From assembly GCA_036509275.1 (NCBI GenBank), contig DATCFX010000901.1, positions 1 through 30,934 of the forward strand: a DNA stretch of 30,934 bases. The letters run 5' to 3'. Made by a program: the position numbers and the translations under genes. This document shows, piece after piece, positions 8,528-17,029 of this stretch. Position 1 is the first letter of the stretch. Each line of letters begins with the position of its first letter. The notes beneath the pieces were generated by a model that had not been told where the DNA came from, searched no databases, and saw only the letters and a list, made by a program, of their open reading frames with translations. This stretch comes from Pirellulales bacterium (lineage in GTDB: Bacteria; Planctomycetota; Planctomycetia; Pirellulales; PNKZ01).

Positions 8528-8927
8528 CGCTGGTTACCAAGTGCGCGGCATGTGGCGTTATAAGATTAGGTTGCAAAAGCAAGCGGCGCAGTGCCGGAGC
8601 AGGCTTGGCCGCCCGAAAGGTGGGCAGCGCACGGCAGATTCCCGTTAATCGTTCCATTCGTCTGCCCGGCTCGGGGCAGCGGGCAGTTGGCAGGTCGGCG
8701 GCCTCGGGGGATTTTGCGGCTCATGACGCCTGAATGGAGAATGACGAGCCTCGGCTGGACCGCCTCCGCGTGCGGTTTCGACTTGGGGCACATGGGTAGC
8801 GCCGCATCGATCCTGATTGATTTAACGAAAAATCAGCAATATGCTAGCAAGCGTGGGCTTGCCGTACTGTGGCTTAACGGTCGTGGAGCTGCCAGCAACA
8901 ATCTGACGCGCACTCGGGTGGCGGCAT

Positions 8928-9380
8928 ATGACGATTGACTGCGAACTGCTCCCCCGGCAATCCCTCGACTGCCGGCAACTCAAGCGATTGGCTGCCGCGT
9001 TCGACGCGTTCAATGCCGCCAACTCCGGCTGCCTGGCCTGGATCGACTATCTGGGCCTGGAGGATCTAAAAAAGGGCGAGTACCCCAAACCGCTCTTGTT
9101 GCGGATCACGGAACACTCGCGTCGGGGCGCCAACCAGGGTCTGGCCCGCGCCGAAACGATCTTGCTCGACACCGGGGCGCTGGCCATCCCGGAAGCAACA
9201 CCCCAGAATGTGCTGCAATGGCGCCAAGCGCTCGGCGAGCACGTCGCCGACCGCTCGCTCCCCTTCGTGCTTCGCGCGGATGCCGACGTGGGCCGTGTCG
9301 TTAGCAGCCTTCGCCAGCAAATTCCCCCAGAACTGGTCGCGGACGTGCTGATCGGCCAACGGTCATGGAGCCAGTTCTAG
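8928..9380 (+). CDS. Hypothetical protein (150 aa)
   Basis: ORF with globular-looking composition and no competing credible ORF, upstream of and co-oriented with the nuclease gene. No family recognised. Confidence 0.6.
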   Translation: MTIDCELLPRQSLDCRQLKRLAAAFDAFNAANSGCLAWIDYLGLEDLKKGEYPKPLLLRITEHSRRGANQGLARAETILLDTGALAIPEATPQNVLQWRQALGEHVADRSLPFVLRADADVGRVVSSLRQQIPPELVADVLIGQRSWSQF

Positions 9381-9520
9381 GGCCGCGGGCGGGTTCCATC
9401 GCCAATTTGGCCGGCGCGCATTCGGCGCTGCCTCTAGCCCGGCGCGGCGCCGCGACTTTATAATGCTTGCTTTGGCAGCCGCAAACGACGGATTTGGCGT
9501 CAAAGGACGAAGGGTGGCTT

Positions 9521-9928
9521 ATGCCGGTGCAGATGGAATTGTCGCGGATCATCATCAGCGAGATCAACGACCAGCAAGTGATCTATCTCAAAGAGGTCGA
9601 CGGCAAGCGGTCGTTTCCGATCCTAATCGGCATTTTCGAGGCAACCAGCATCGACCGCCGCGTGAAAGGCTACGCCTCTCCGCGACCGCTGACGCACGAT
9701 CTGCTGGTCAGCGTGGCCGATAACCTGGGCGGCGAGTTTCAGAGCGTGGTGATCAGCGAATTGAAAGATCACACATATTATGCTCGCTTGCGGATCAAAC
9801 ATGAGGGAGAATTGATCGAGATCGATGCTCGACCGTCGGACGCCATTGCCGTGGCCGTCACGTGCGATCCACCGCTGCCCATCTACGTCGCCGAAGAAGT
9901 GCTCAACGACGTGCTCGGCGAGAACTGA
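9521..9928 (+). CDS. Bifunctional nuclease family protein (DUF151/BFN)
   Basis: FPILIGIFEATSI, PRPLTHDL, YYARL and IDARPSDAIAVA. Confidence 0.9.
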   Translation: MPVQMELSRIIISEINDQQVIYLKEVDGKRSFPILIGIFEATSIDRRVKGYASPRPLTHDLLVSVADNLGGEFQSVVISELKDHTYYARLRIKHEGELIEIDARPSDAIAVAVTCDPPLPIYVAEEVLNDVLGEN

Positions 9929-10078
9929 GGGCGAAGTGGCAATCGAAGTGCCGAAGCGACCGCCCGTGCCATCGCCCGGCGAGTTGCCGAAACACCGCTG
10001 GTTGGCCGTGGGTCAGGCCAGCGCGAGCAACCGTCGACCATTTCGCGCATCGGCAATTTTGCGCCAATGGCATCGAAC

Positions 10079-10094
10079 AGGCACGCAACTTGCA
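10079..10094 (+). promoter_or_regulatory. Putative sigma54 (-24/-12) promoter
   Basis: AGGCACGCAACTTGCA versus consensus TGGCACG-N4-TTGCW: one mismatch, exact spacing, oriented towards the gene at 10286. Confidence 0.65.
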
Positions 10095-10148
10095 GGGTTC
10101 GCCCGCCGACTGCGTGAGAAGTTTTTATTGGTGCCACGAGCAACTGCT

Positions 10149-10251
10149 TAGGAACGAACGCAAAATAACTTCTCCGCAAACACCTCGCCCTTGCGGGAGA
10201 GGCCGGGTGAGGGGCCTCGAAAATCGGGAAGTTCTTTTGCGTTTGTTCCTT
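10149..10251. mobile_element. ~103 bp MITE-like element (divergent copy)
   Basis: Arms TAGGAACGAACGCAAAATAACTTC and GAAGTTCTTTTGCGTTTGTTCCT; core CCTCGCCCTTGCGGGAGAGGCCGGGTGAGGGG is shared with the other copies. Confidence 0.7.
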
Positions 10252-10285
10252 AGTCGAAACATCGAAGAGCGAGACCTAGGCGACC

Positions 10286-11245
10286 ATGTTCAAGCCAATC
10301 CAACGGTTTAAAAGACTTGGTCGTCGCATGCGGCGCGGACTGCTGGGCCTGGGCCTGGCGGCAGCCGTGATCGGTAGCTCGGCGCTGGCATACCGGTTGA
10401 TGGAAACCGACGCCCAAACGGATCCGGCCTTGCTGACGAGCTACCGTGCTCTGGTGACCTACGATGCGGCCCCCAAGGCGTCGGTCCGGCATTCAATCCC
10501 GGATACCCCCACCCTCGAAGCGGCAATTGCCTGGGCCGAAACATCGCTCGGCCACGTGCGTCGAATCCGGGATTACACGTGTACCTTGATCAAGCGCGAG
10601 CGCGTGGCCGATCGCCTGGTCGGGCCGCAGTATATGACCGTCAAAGTTCGGCAGCAGCCGTACAGCGTGTATGTCCACTACGTCGCGCCGGAATCGCTGC
10701 GCAACCAAGAGGCGATCTATATCGAGGGCCGCAATGACGGCAAGCTGCTCGCCCACGGCACCGGCCTGAAGCACCGCATCGTGGGAACCGTGGCTTTGAA
10801 GCCCACCAGCGCGCTGGCCATGCGGGGCAATCGGCATCCGATCACCGAGATCGGCCTGGCGGTGCTGGTCGAGAAACTGATCGTGCTCGGGCGCCGTGAT
10901 CTGGAAAAAAGCAGGCTGGCTCAAATCAAATCCACGCGAGGCGTGCAGTTGAACAACCGGCCTTGTACGATCATCGAGGTGCGGCATCCGCAGCCGGAAG
11001 CCGACTTGGAGTATCATGTCGCACGGATTTTTATCGACGAACAGTTGGTCTTGCCGGTGCGCTTCGAGGCGTTTGGCTGGCCCCAGGTTGCCGGCGACGA
11101 GCCGCCGCTGTTGGAAGAATACACCTATGTCGACCTGAAGCTGAACAATGGCTTTACGGATGCCGATTTCGATGCGGCAAATCCGCAATATGGGTTCGGC
11201 CGTGGCACGGCGCCCGAAATTCGCGCGACGGCCCAGAACGAGTAA
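10286..11245 (+). CDS. DUF1571 domain-containing protein
   Basis: RDYTCTLIKRERV, KVRQQPYSVY, EAIYIEGRNDGKL, HPITEIG and LEEYTYVDLKLNNGFTDADFD; N-terminal signal/anchor. Confidence 0.85.
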   Translation: MFKPIQRFKRLGRRMRRGLLGLGLAAAVIGSSALAYRLMETDAQTDPALLTSYRALVTYDAAPKASVRHSIPDTPTLEAAIAWAETSLGHVRRIRDYTCTLIKRERVADRLVGPQYMTVKVRQQPYSVYVHYVAPESLRNQEAIYIEGRNDGKLLAHGTGLKHRIVGTVALKPTSALAMRGNRHPITEIGLAVLVEKLIVLGRRDLEKSRLAQIKSTRGVQLNNRPCTIIEVRHPQPEADLEYHVARIFIDEQLVLPVRFEAFGWPQVAGDEPPLLEEYTYVDLKLNNGFTDADFDAANPQYGFGRGTAPEIRATAQNE

Positions 11246-11246
11246 T

Positions 11247-12962
11247 ATGAGAAATGCACTGGCTTTTGGGCTCTGTGGGTGCATCCTGCTCGTCAGTGCC
11301 AGTTCGCTGCGGGCTGACGCTGAAACGGAACTGTTCGAGGTCGTGCCGGACTCGGCGCTGGGCGTGGTGGTGGTCAACCGCCTGAAAGATACCTCCGAGC
11401 GACTCGAAAAGCTGGGTCACAACCTGCAGATCGGCATTCCCAGCAGCCCCCTGGGCTTTGCTAAGGCGCTAGCGGGCATTACGCAGGGAGTCGACGAACG
11501 CGGCAGCGTGGCCATTGCGCTGTTTTCCGGCGGAGACGCCGAACCGCCGGTCGGCGCCGTGTTCATTCCGGTGAACAGCTATGCAGAATTTCTCGCCGGA
11601 TTGGATGCCAAAATCGCTGATGCCGAGACCGAGACTGCGAGCGCGAACTTTTTCACGCGACCGGCGCTGGTCTCCCGCAAGGCGGATTATGCCGTGTTGG
11701 TCGATCCGAAGCAGGAGCGGCTTCTCAAGGAGATCAAGGCCTCGACCAGCGGCATCGAGAAACTGGTCAAGCCTTTCGGCGGATGGTTGACCGAGCAGGC
11801 CGTCGCGGGGCTGGCGCTCGAGCCCGGCACGCAGCGGATCTTCGAATCGCTGGAAAAGCTCGTCGGCCGGTTAGAGCATACCGGCGGCGCAGCCGGCAAT
11901 CGTGCAGCCAACTCCAAGCCGGCGGTGCTGGCAAACCTCAAGCAATTCAAGGGCGAAATCACGCGCTGCGGATTGGGCATCGAACTGGCCGACCGCGGCG
12001 CCATCTTCAGCATCAAGGCCGCATGGAAGTCTGGCGGGTGGATCGCCCAGCAAGTCGCAGAGACACGCTGGCCCGATGCACCGCCGCTCCAGGCCTTGCC
12101 GGCGGGCAGCTTTGTCTTCGCCGGCGCCGGAATTCTGCCGCGACCCTGGCTGATTGCTTTGGCTCATGCCAAGCTTCGGCTGCTCTGGCCGACCACCGTA
12201 TTGGGCGGCGAGCAGCAAAAGCAATTGGACCAGGCTCTGGCCGAGATGGTCCGCCCCATCCAGTCCGTGGCGATGCTTCTGCGTCCGCCGGTCGCCGGCC
12301 GCAGTTTCCTGAATCAACTGACGCTCGTGATCACCGTCGACGATGCCCGACGATTTCTTGCTGCTTACGAGAAAAACCTGCCGCCGGTCGAAAAGCTGCT
12401 AGGGCAATCCAAGACCAGTCCCCTGATTTCGAAATTGAAAACCGTCGAGCTGGAAGGCTTGCCCGCTCTGGAAATCGAAGTTGATTTATCGACGATTGCG
12501 GCTGCGGACGCGGCGCCGGACTCGCCGGCCGCGACGATCATGGACACCCTCCTCGGCTCCGAGCGCCAGTTGCCGGTCTATCTCGCGGCCATCGACGAGC
12601 ATCGCGTCGCCGTCTCGTACGGCAGTCGTAGCGGGGCGCTGGAAACCGCGAAGGCACTTCGCGCAGGCAAAACTCTGGCGGCCGATCCCAACGTGCAGCC
12701 AGCCGTTGCCTTGCTGCCCAAGCGCTCGAACTGGGTTGGGCTGGCCGATCTCAGCGGTGTCGTACAATCGGCGAATGCCTTGTTACCGGCCCTTGCACCC
12801 AATGCTCGCAGGTTGCCGGAATTTCCGCAGACGCTGCCGGTTGTCGCGCGCACCCAGTTCGCGCCGCTGGCGCTCGACGCTCGCCTGATGTTGCCCACTG
12901 AGCTACTGGCCACGCTCGGCGCGTACGTTGCAAAAGTTCGGCAACTCCAACAAGAAGATTGA
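11247..12962 (+). CDS. Exported hypothetical protein (~570 aa, possibly DUF3352-like)
   Basis: Starts 1 bp after the upstream stop; signal peptide ...SSLRA then VPDSALGVVVV. The family assignment is tentative. Confidence 0.7.
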   Translation: MRNALAFGLCGCILLVSASSLRADAETELFEVVPDSALGVVVVNRLKDTSERLEKLGHNLQIGIPSSPLGFAKALAGITQGVDERGSVAIALFSGGDAEPPVGAVFIPVNSYAEFLAGLDAKIADAETETASANFFTRPALVSRKADYAVLVDPKQERLLKEIKASTSGIEKLVKPFGGWLTEQAVAGLALEPGTQRIFESLEKLVGRLEHTGGAAGNRAANSKPAVLANLKQFKGEITRCGLGIELADRGAIFSIKAAWKSGGWIAQQVAETRWPDAPPLQALPAGSFVFAGAGILPRPWLIALAHAKLRLLWPTTVLGGEQQKQLDQALAEMVRPIQSVAMLLRPPVAGRSFLNQLTLVITVDDARRFLAAYEKNLPPVEKLLGQSKTSPLISKLKTVELEGLPALEIEVDLSTIAAADAAPDSPAATIMDTLLGSERQLPVYLAAIDEHRVAVSYGSRSGALETAKALRAGKTLAADPNVQPAVALLPKRSNWVGLADLSGVVQSANALLPALAPNARRLPEFPQTLPVVARTQFAPLALDARLMLPTELLATLGAYVAKVRQLQQED

Positions 12963-13660
12963 AGTCCACCGCTGTGTCTGGCAGACAAATAGTCATCACC
13001 GGCGTCAGCCGCGGGCTGGGGCGCGGCCTGGCCGCGAAACTGATCGAGCTTGGCCATACGGTGCAGGGCTGTGCTCGCTCGGCCGCTACGATTGCCGAAC
13101 TCCAGGCTCGCTGGCCCGCGCCGCATCGCTTCGAAGTCGTCGACGTGATCGACGATCAGCAAGTCGCCGCCTGGGCTCGCAGCTGCCTGGCGGCGGGGAC
13201 CGTGCCAGATATTCTGATCAACAACGCGGCCGTGATCCATCCGAGCCGGCCGCTGTGGAAGTTGTCCGAGCGCGAGTTTGGCGAAGTGATCGACGTGAAT
13301 CTCAAGGGCGTGGCCAACGTGATCCGGCATTGGCTGCCGGCGATGATCGAGCGTCGGCGCGGCGTGGTCGTCAATTTCAGTTCGGGCTGGGGACGTTCCA
13401 CCTCGCCAGAGGTCGCCGGTTATTGTGCCAGCAAATGGGGCATCGAAGGACTCACCAAGGCCCTGGCTGACGAACTGCCTCACGGTCTGGCGGCGGTGCC
13501 GCTCAATCCAGGCGTCATTGATACCGACATGTTGCGAAGTTGCTTCGGCGATTCCGCCGGCGATTATCCGGATGCGGAAAGCTGGGCCCAAAGCGCGGCC
13601 CCGTTCATTCTCGGACTGGGGCCGGCCGACAATGGCCAGTCGTTGACGGTTCCCATCTAA
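12959..13660 (+). CDS. Short-chain dehydrogenase/reductase (SDR)
   Basis: ITGVSRGLG, LINNAA, NFSSG and YCASK; TTG start overlaps the upstream TGA. Confidence 0.9.
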   Translation: MKSTAVSGRQIVITGVSRGLGRGLAAKLIELGHTVQGCARSAATIAELQARWPAPHRFEVVDVIDDQQVAAWARSCLAAGTVPDILINNAAVIHPSRPLWKLSEREFGEVIDVNLKGVANVIRHWLPAMIERRRGVVVNFSSGWGRSTSPEVAGYCASKWGIEGLTKALADELPHGLAAVPLNPGVIDTDMLRSCFGDSAGDYPDAESWAQSAAPFILGLGPADNGQSLTVPI

Positions 13661-15396
13661 TGCCGGCCAGCGCGAGGATCCCGCCCGTGGACGATCAGTT
13701 GTCGTTTGCTTGGGCCGCTGCCCAGCGGGCGGTCTCGGCCGGCCGCATCGGCATCCCAGTCGCCTTGAGATTGATCGACTATGGCCAGCCGGACCACGGT
13801 CGGCTGCCGGCGCTGTTGGCCTGGCACGCGGATCGAGCCTGTACGTTGTTGAATACCGGTCCGGTGCTGGTTTGGGCCGGTGGCCAGCCAGCCAGCGGGC
13901 AACTCGACGTGCAAATCCGCGGCCGGCAGGGTCAGTCGCTGCTGCTCTCGGCCGGCGCAATGGCCCACGCATCACCGCTGGTCGCACTGACCGTAATCGG
14001 CCAGCGCGGCATTGCCTGCTGGGAGCCGGACGACCTGGCAAGCGCCGGAAGTCTCACGACTTCCGCTACGTCCGGCCCGCTCGGCAACGACGCCGAGTTA
14101 TCATCCCGCGGGCGAGACTTGCTCAAGGCGATCGCGTCCAGCCGAGAGACCGGCGAAGCGGTCGGGCTTGGCGGCGAGCGGCTGGCGGCCGGCCGACCAC
14201 GGACACTGGCGATTCCGGCGGCCGCCGGGCGATCGACGCGCCGAGCGATTGCGGTTACGGCGCGGCCGCTAGGCGTGTTGCTGATCAGCGGCGCCCAGAC
14301 GCATCAAGAAATGTATGCACCGGCATTCGCCGCCGATCCGCGCTGCCGGCTGATCGGGCTGACGGATGAGAACGACATTTCACCGCGCCGCCGTCTACTA
14401 AACGAGCAGCTCGCGCAATCGCTGGGCATTCCGCTGTTGGACGGCCTGGACGATGCACTGGCTCGCACGGACGTACACGTGGTCAGCGTTTGTGCCGAGC
14501 CGGAGCGCCGGGCGCGCGTGATTGAACGGGTGTTGGCGGCGGGCAAGCATTTGTATCTGGACAAACCGCTGGCCGCCACGATCGACGAGGCGAGCCGCAT
14601 CCGTGCCCAGGTCCGGGCGACGGGCGCCCGCAGCCAGATGTTCAGCCTGGTACACTCACCCGCCGGCGAGCGCGTGCGGTCGGTGCTTGAGTCGGGCCGC
14701 CTCGGCGAGTTGCTAAGCGTGCATTGCGATTGGTTCTTTGCCAAGGGCCCGGCCGGCACGGCCCAGTTTGGCGAGCCGCGCCGCGAGGCTGCCTATCCGA
14801 CGACCTTCGAAGCCATCGAATCGAAGCGCGAGTTGTATAATATTGGCGTTTACCCGCTGGCGATGCTCGCCTGGTTGCTGAAGAAGAAGGTACGGCGCGT
14901 GTTCGCGACGACCGGCAATTATTTTTTTGCCGAACACCAGCGCAACGGCATGGAAGATTTTGCCCAAGCGTGGTTCGAATTTGAGGGCGGCATCCCGGCC
15001 ACGATGTCGGTCGGCCGCACCGGCTGGCATTCGCATCCGGCCGGCGGAGTGCAACGCACCTGGCTGACCGGCACGCGCGGCAGCGTGTGCATCGACGCCT
15101 ACCACCCACGGCTGGAGATCTGGTCGGACGAGCCGGCGTGGCCCACCCCCGCGCGAAGTCCGGAAGACCCGATGGGCTTTTGGGGCAGCACGCAGCGTGC
15201 CGTCGGCATCGTGGCCAAACAAGCCTGGCTGGCCCCCTCGGACGAGCACGCCGACGTGCGTCATTTTGTCGATTGCCTGGCCGCCGGCCACGACAGCGAC
15301 CTGCCGGCCGAGTCCGCCGCCGACGCGCTCGAGGCGCTGCTGGCGGCCTATCAATCGGCCGCTGCCGGCCAACCCGTGTCGCTCGTCCGGCCGTAG
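13660..15396 (+). CDS. Gfo/Idh/MocA family oxidoreductase with an extra N-terminal domain
   Basis: DVHVVSVC, AGKHLYLDKPLA, LESGRLGELLSVH, YNIGVYPL and MEDFAQ; TAATG stop/start coupling with the SDR gene. Confidence 0.85.
   Translation: MPASARIPPVDDQLSFAWAAAQRAVSAGRIGIPVALRLIDYGQPDHGRLPALLAWHADRACTLLNTGPVLVWAGGQPASGQLDVQIRGRQGQSLLLSAGAMAHASPLVALTVIGQRGIACWEPDDLASAGSLTTSATSGPLGNDAELSSRGRDLLKAIASSRETGEAVGLGGERLAAGRPRTLAIPAAAGRSTRRAIAVTARPLGVLLISGAQTHQEMYAPAFAADPRCRLIGLTDENDISPRRRLLNEQLAQSLGIPLLDGLDDALARTDVHVVSVCAEPERRARVIERVLAAGKHLYLDKPLAATIDEASRIRAQVRATGARSQMFSLVHSPAGERVRSVLESGRLGELLSVHCDWFFAKGPAGTAQFGEPRREAAYPTTFEAIESKRELYNIGVYPLAMLAWLLKKKVRRVFATTGNYFFAEHQRNGMEDFAQAWFEFEGGIPATMSVGRTGWHSHPAGGVQRTWLTGTRGSVCIDAYHPRLEIWSDEPAWPTPARSPEDPMGFWGSTQRAVGIVAKQAWLAPSDEHADVRHFVDCLAAGHDSDLPAESAADALEALLAAYQSAAAGQPVSLVRP
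14044..14069 (-). repeat. Family A GTAG-REP located in-frame inside the Gfo/Idh/MocA CDS
   Basis: The reverse complement is GTAGCGGAAGTCGTGAGACTTCCGGC, one mismatch from 6318-6343. It encodes AGSLTTSAT. Confidence 0.8.
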
Positions 15397-15417
15397 CGAA
15401 AGTCGTGAAATTTCCGC
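15393..15417 (+). repeat. Family A GTAG-REP (degenerate); its TAG is the stop codon of the oxidoreductase
   Basis: GTAGCGAAAGTCGTGAAATTTCCGC. Confidence 0.75.
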
Positions 15418-15439
15418 AGGAAAGAATCACACTTAGACT

Positions 15440-15542
15440 TAGGAGCGACCGAAAAATAACTTCTCCGCAACCCCTCTCCCCTTGCGGGAAAGGGCAGGGT
15501 GAGGGGCCGGGAAAACCGGAAGTTATATTTCGGCCGATCCTA
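15440..15542. mobile_element. ~103 bp MITE-like element with ~24 bp imperfect terminal inverted repeats
   Basis: TAGGAGCGACCGAAAAATAACTTC ... GAAGTTATATTTCGGCCGATCCTA, with an internal CCCTCTCCC/GGGAAAGGG hairpin. Confidence 0.75.
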
Positions 15543-15583
15543 CCCGAGCAGTTGCTCGCCCGCCGTACACCGCCTGGAGACTC

Positions 15584-16209
15584 TTGCGCATGTTGCTGAA
15601 CTGTCGCTCGCAGCTGACCACGTTGCAGATCATCTTCGTTCTTATCACTGTCGCCTCATGCGACCTGGCCGGGGCATCCCAGCGTAAGCCTAACGTCATC
15701 ATCATCTACAGCGACGACCAGGGTTCGATTGACCTGAATTGCTACGGCGCGACGGACCTGATAACGCCGAATCTCGATTCGTTGGCGGCTCGCGGCGTGA
15801 GATTCACGCAGATGTGCGCGCCGTCGGCCATCTGTTCCGCGTCGCGCGCCGGACTCATGACCGGACGCTTCCCCTATCGCGCCGGTGTTCCGGGAAACGT
15901 CAGTTCGGAGCAAGGCAAGCCGGGGATGCCCACTGAGGAAGTGACGCTTGCCGAAATGCTGCAGGCCGCCGGCTACGCAACGGGCCATGTCGGCAAATGG
16001 CATCTTGGCTTTACGCCCGACACCATGCCGCGCGGCCAGAGAATGACAGACTGTTCCTGGTGGATCTCGACCGCGATCCGGGCGAGATGCACAACCTGGC
16101 CGCCCAGCAGCCAGAGACTGTGCAACAACTCTCCAATTTGCGGGAAAAGTTTCTGGCCGACATCGAGCGAACGAGGGCCGAGGTTTCGGAAAGTGACGAC
16201 GGATCGTAA
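15584..16209 (+). pseudogene. Sulfatase pseudogene (large internal deletion plus frame change)
   Basis: The N-terminal 152 aa contain KPNVIIIYSDDQG, CSASRAGLMTG and GKWHLG. At ~16036-16040 the sequence jumps, in another frame, to the typical sulfatase C-terminus LFLVDLDRDPGEMHNLAAQQPETV...stop 16209. Confidence 0.85.
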
Positions 16210-16220
16210 CCAGGGCAGCA

Positions 16221-16295
16221 TCGTGCTCTTCGTGTCGTCGTGGTGAATTTCGCCCTCTTTTTCTCTGTGCTCTGTGTCTCTGTGCCGCTGTGGTT
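16221..16295. repeat. Two short-period imperfect arrays, (TCGTG..)x3 and (CTCTGTG)x3-4
   Basis: TCGTGCTCTTCGTGTCGTCGTGGTGAA at 16221-16247 and CTCTGTGCTCTGTGTCTCTGTGCCGCTGTGGTT at 16263-16295. Confidence 0.6.
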
Positions 16296-16405
16296 TTCAG
16301 CGTCTTGAATATTTCCCGCGCCTCGGCGCCATTTGTCGCAATGGTTGACAACCCGGTCCATGTCTCATCACCCTTCGGCCCAGCAGATGTAGCGTTAACC
16401 AAATT

Positions 16406-16561
16406 TCAACCGGTGGTTGAGCGCGAATTGGGATCGGTGATCGATGCCAGTACCGACCGCAACACCTCGTCGGAAAGTTCGGCATCATCAACCGCCCGCG
16501 CCAGCACAATCGCACCGACCATGCTCACGTAAATCGCCCACGCCCGCTCGCGCTTTGCTCG
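16406..16561 (-). pseudogene. Orphan C-terminal fragment of a TetR/AcrR-family regulator
   Basis: Reads RAKRERAWAIYVSMVGAIVLARAVDDAELSDEVLRSV...stop, resembling the TetR C-terminal helices (..MVGA..LARAV.D..LS..IL). There is no HTH and no start; it follows in-frame after the SRPBCC stop. Confidence 0.7.
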
Positions 16562-17029
16562 TTACGTCTCCTTGCGATGCTTGCGCTGGGCCAGCTCGCG
16601 AATGCGCTCCAGCCAATACTCCCAGCCTGTGGGCAAGCCTTCGCGATGTTCGGGCAGGATCGATCCCAGGGCGCGGTGGAGAAACACCAGGCGCGTCACG
16701 CCCCCCTCCGCATTGAAGCGGTATTGCAGGTGATTGGCCACCGGGTATGACATCATCAACGGCCCGCAAATCTCCAGCAGCGTCGGGGGCTTGATGACCT
16801 GCACATGGCCCCACAGGTGGCCGGAGTTGTTGCCGAGGTCGCGATACCAGCGTCCGCCGGGCCAGGGCTCGATTTTCATCGGAAACGGCTTGCCGCCGGG
16901 CATCTGCCCTTCAGGACCAAGCTCGTCCAGCATGGCTTCGAAGGCGGTTTCGATGGGCGCTGAAATCTCGATCTCTTGGCGGATCTCAAAAGATTCGACT
17001 GACGGTCGGTCGCTGGTGCCGGTTTTCAT
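16562..17029 (-). CDS. SRPBCC (AHSA1/START-like) domain protein
   Basis: EIEISAPIETAF, EPWPGGRWYRD, GHVQVIKPPTLL and GWEYWL; ATGA overlap with the upstream ArsR gene. Confidence 0.88.
   Translation of the reverse strand: MKTGTSDRPSVESFEIRQEIEISAPIETAFEAMLDELGPEGQMPGGKPFPMKIEPWPGGRWYRDLGNNSGHLWGHVQVIKPPTLLEICGPLMMSYPVANHLQYRFNAEGGVTRLVFLHRALGSILPEHREGLPTGWEYWLERIRELAQRKHRKET

Noticed and set aside
8595-8670. c-di-GMP-I riboswitch next to the HD-GYP gene
   Set aside because: A GAAA-containing hairpin is present, but the conserved GGCAAAC and GACGCAAAG elements are not, and it reads away from the HD-GYP gene. A cmscan would be decisive.
9459-9464. TATAAT box upstream of the bifunctional nuclease gene
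   Set aside because: No recognisable -35 or extended -10 element; insufficient to call a promoter.
16020-16060. Programmed frameshift producing an active sulfatase
   Set aside because: No slippery sequence is evident, and even with a shift about half of the enzyme, including downstream catalytic ligands, is absent.
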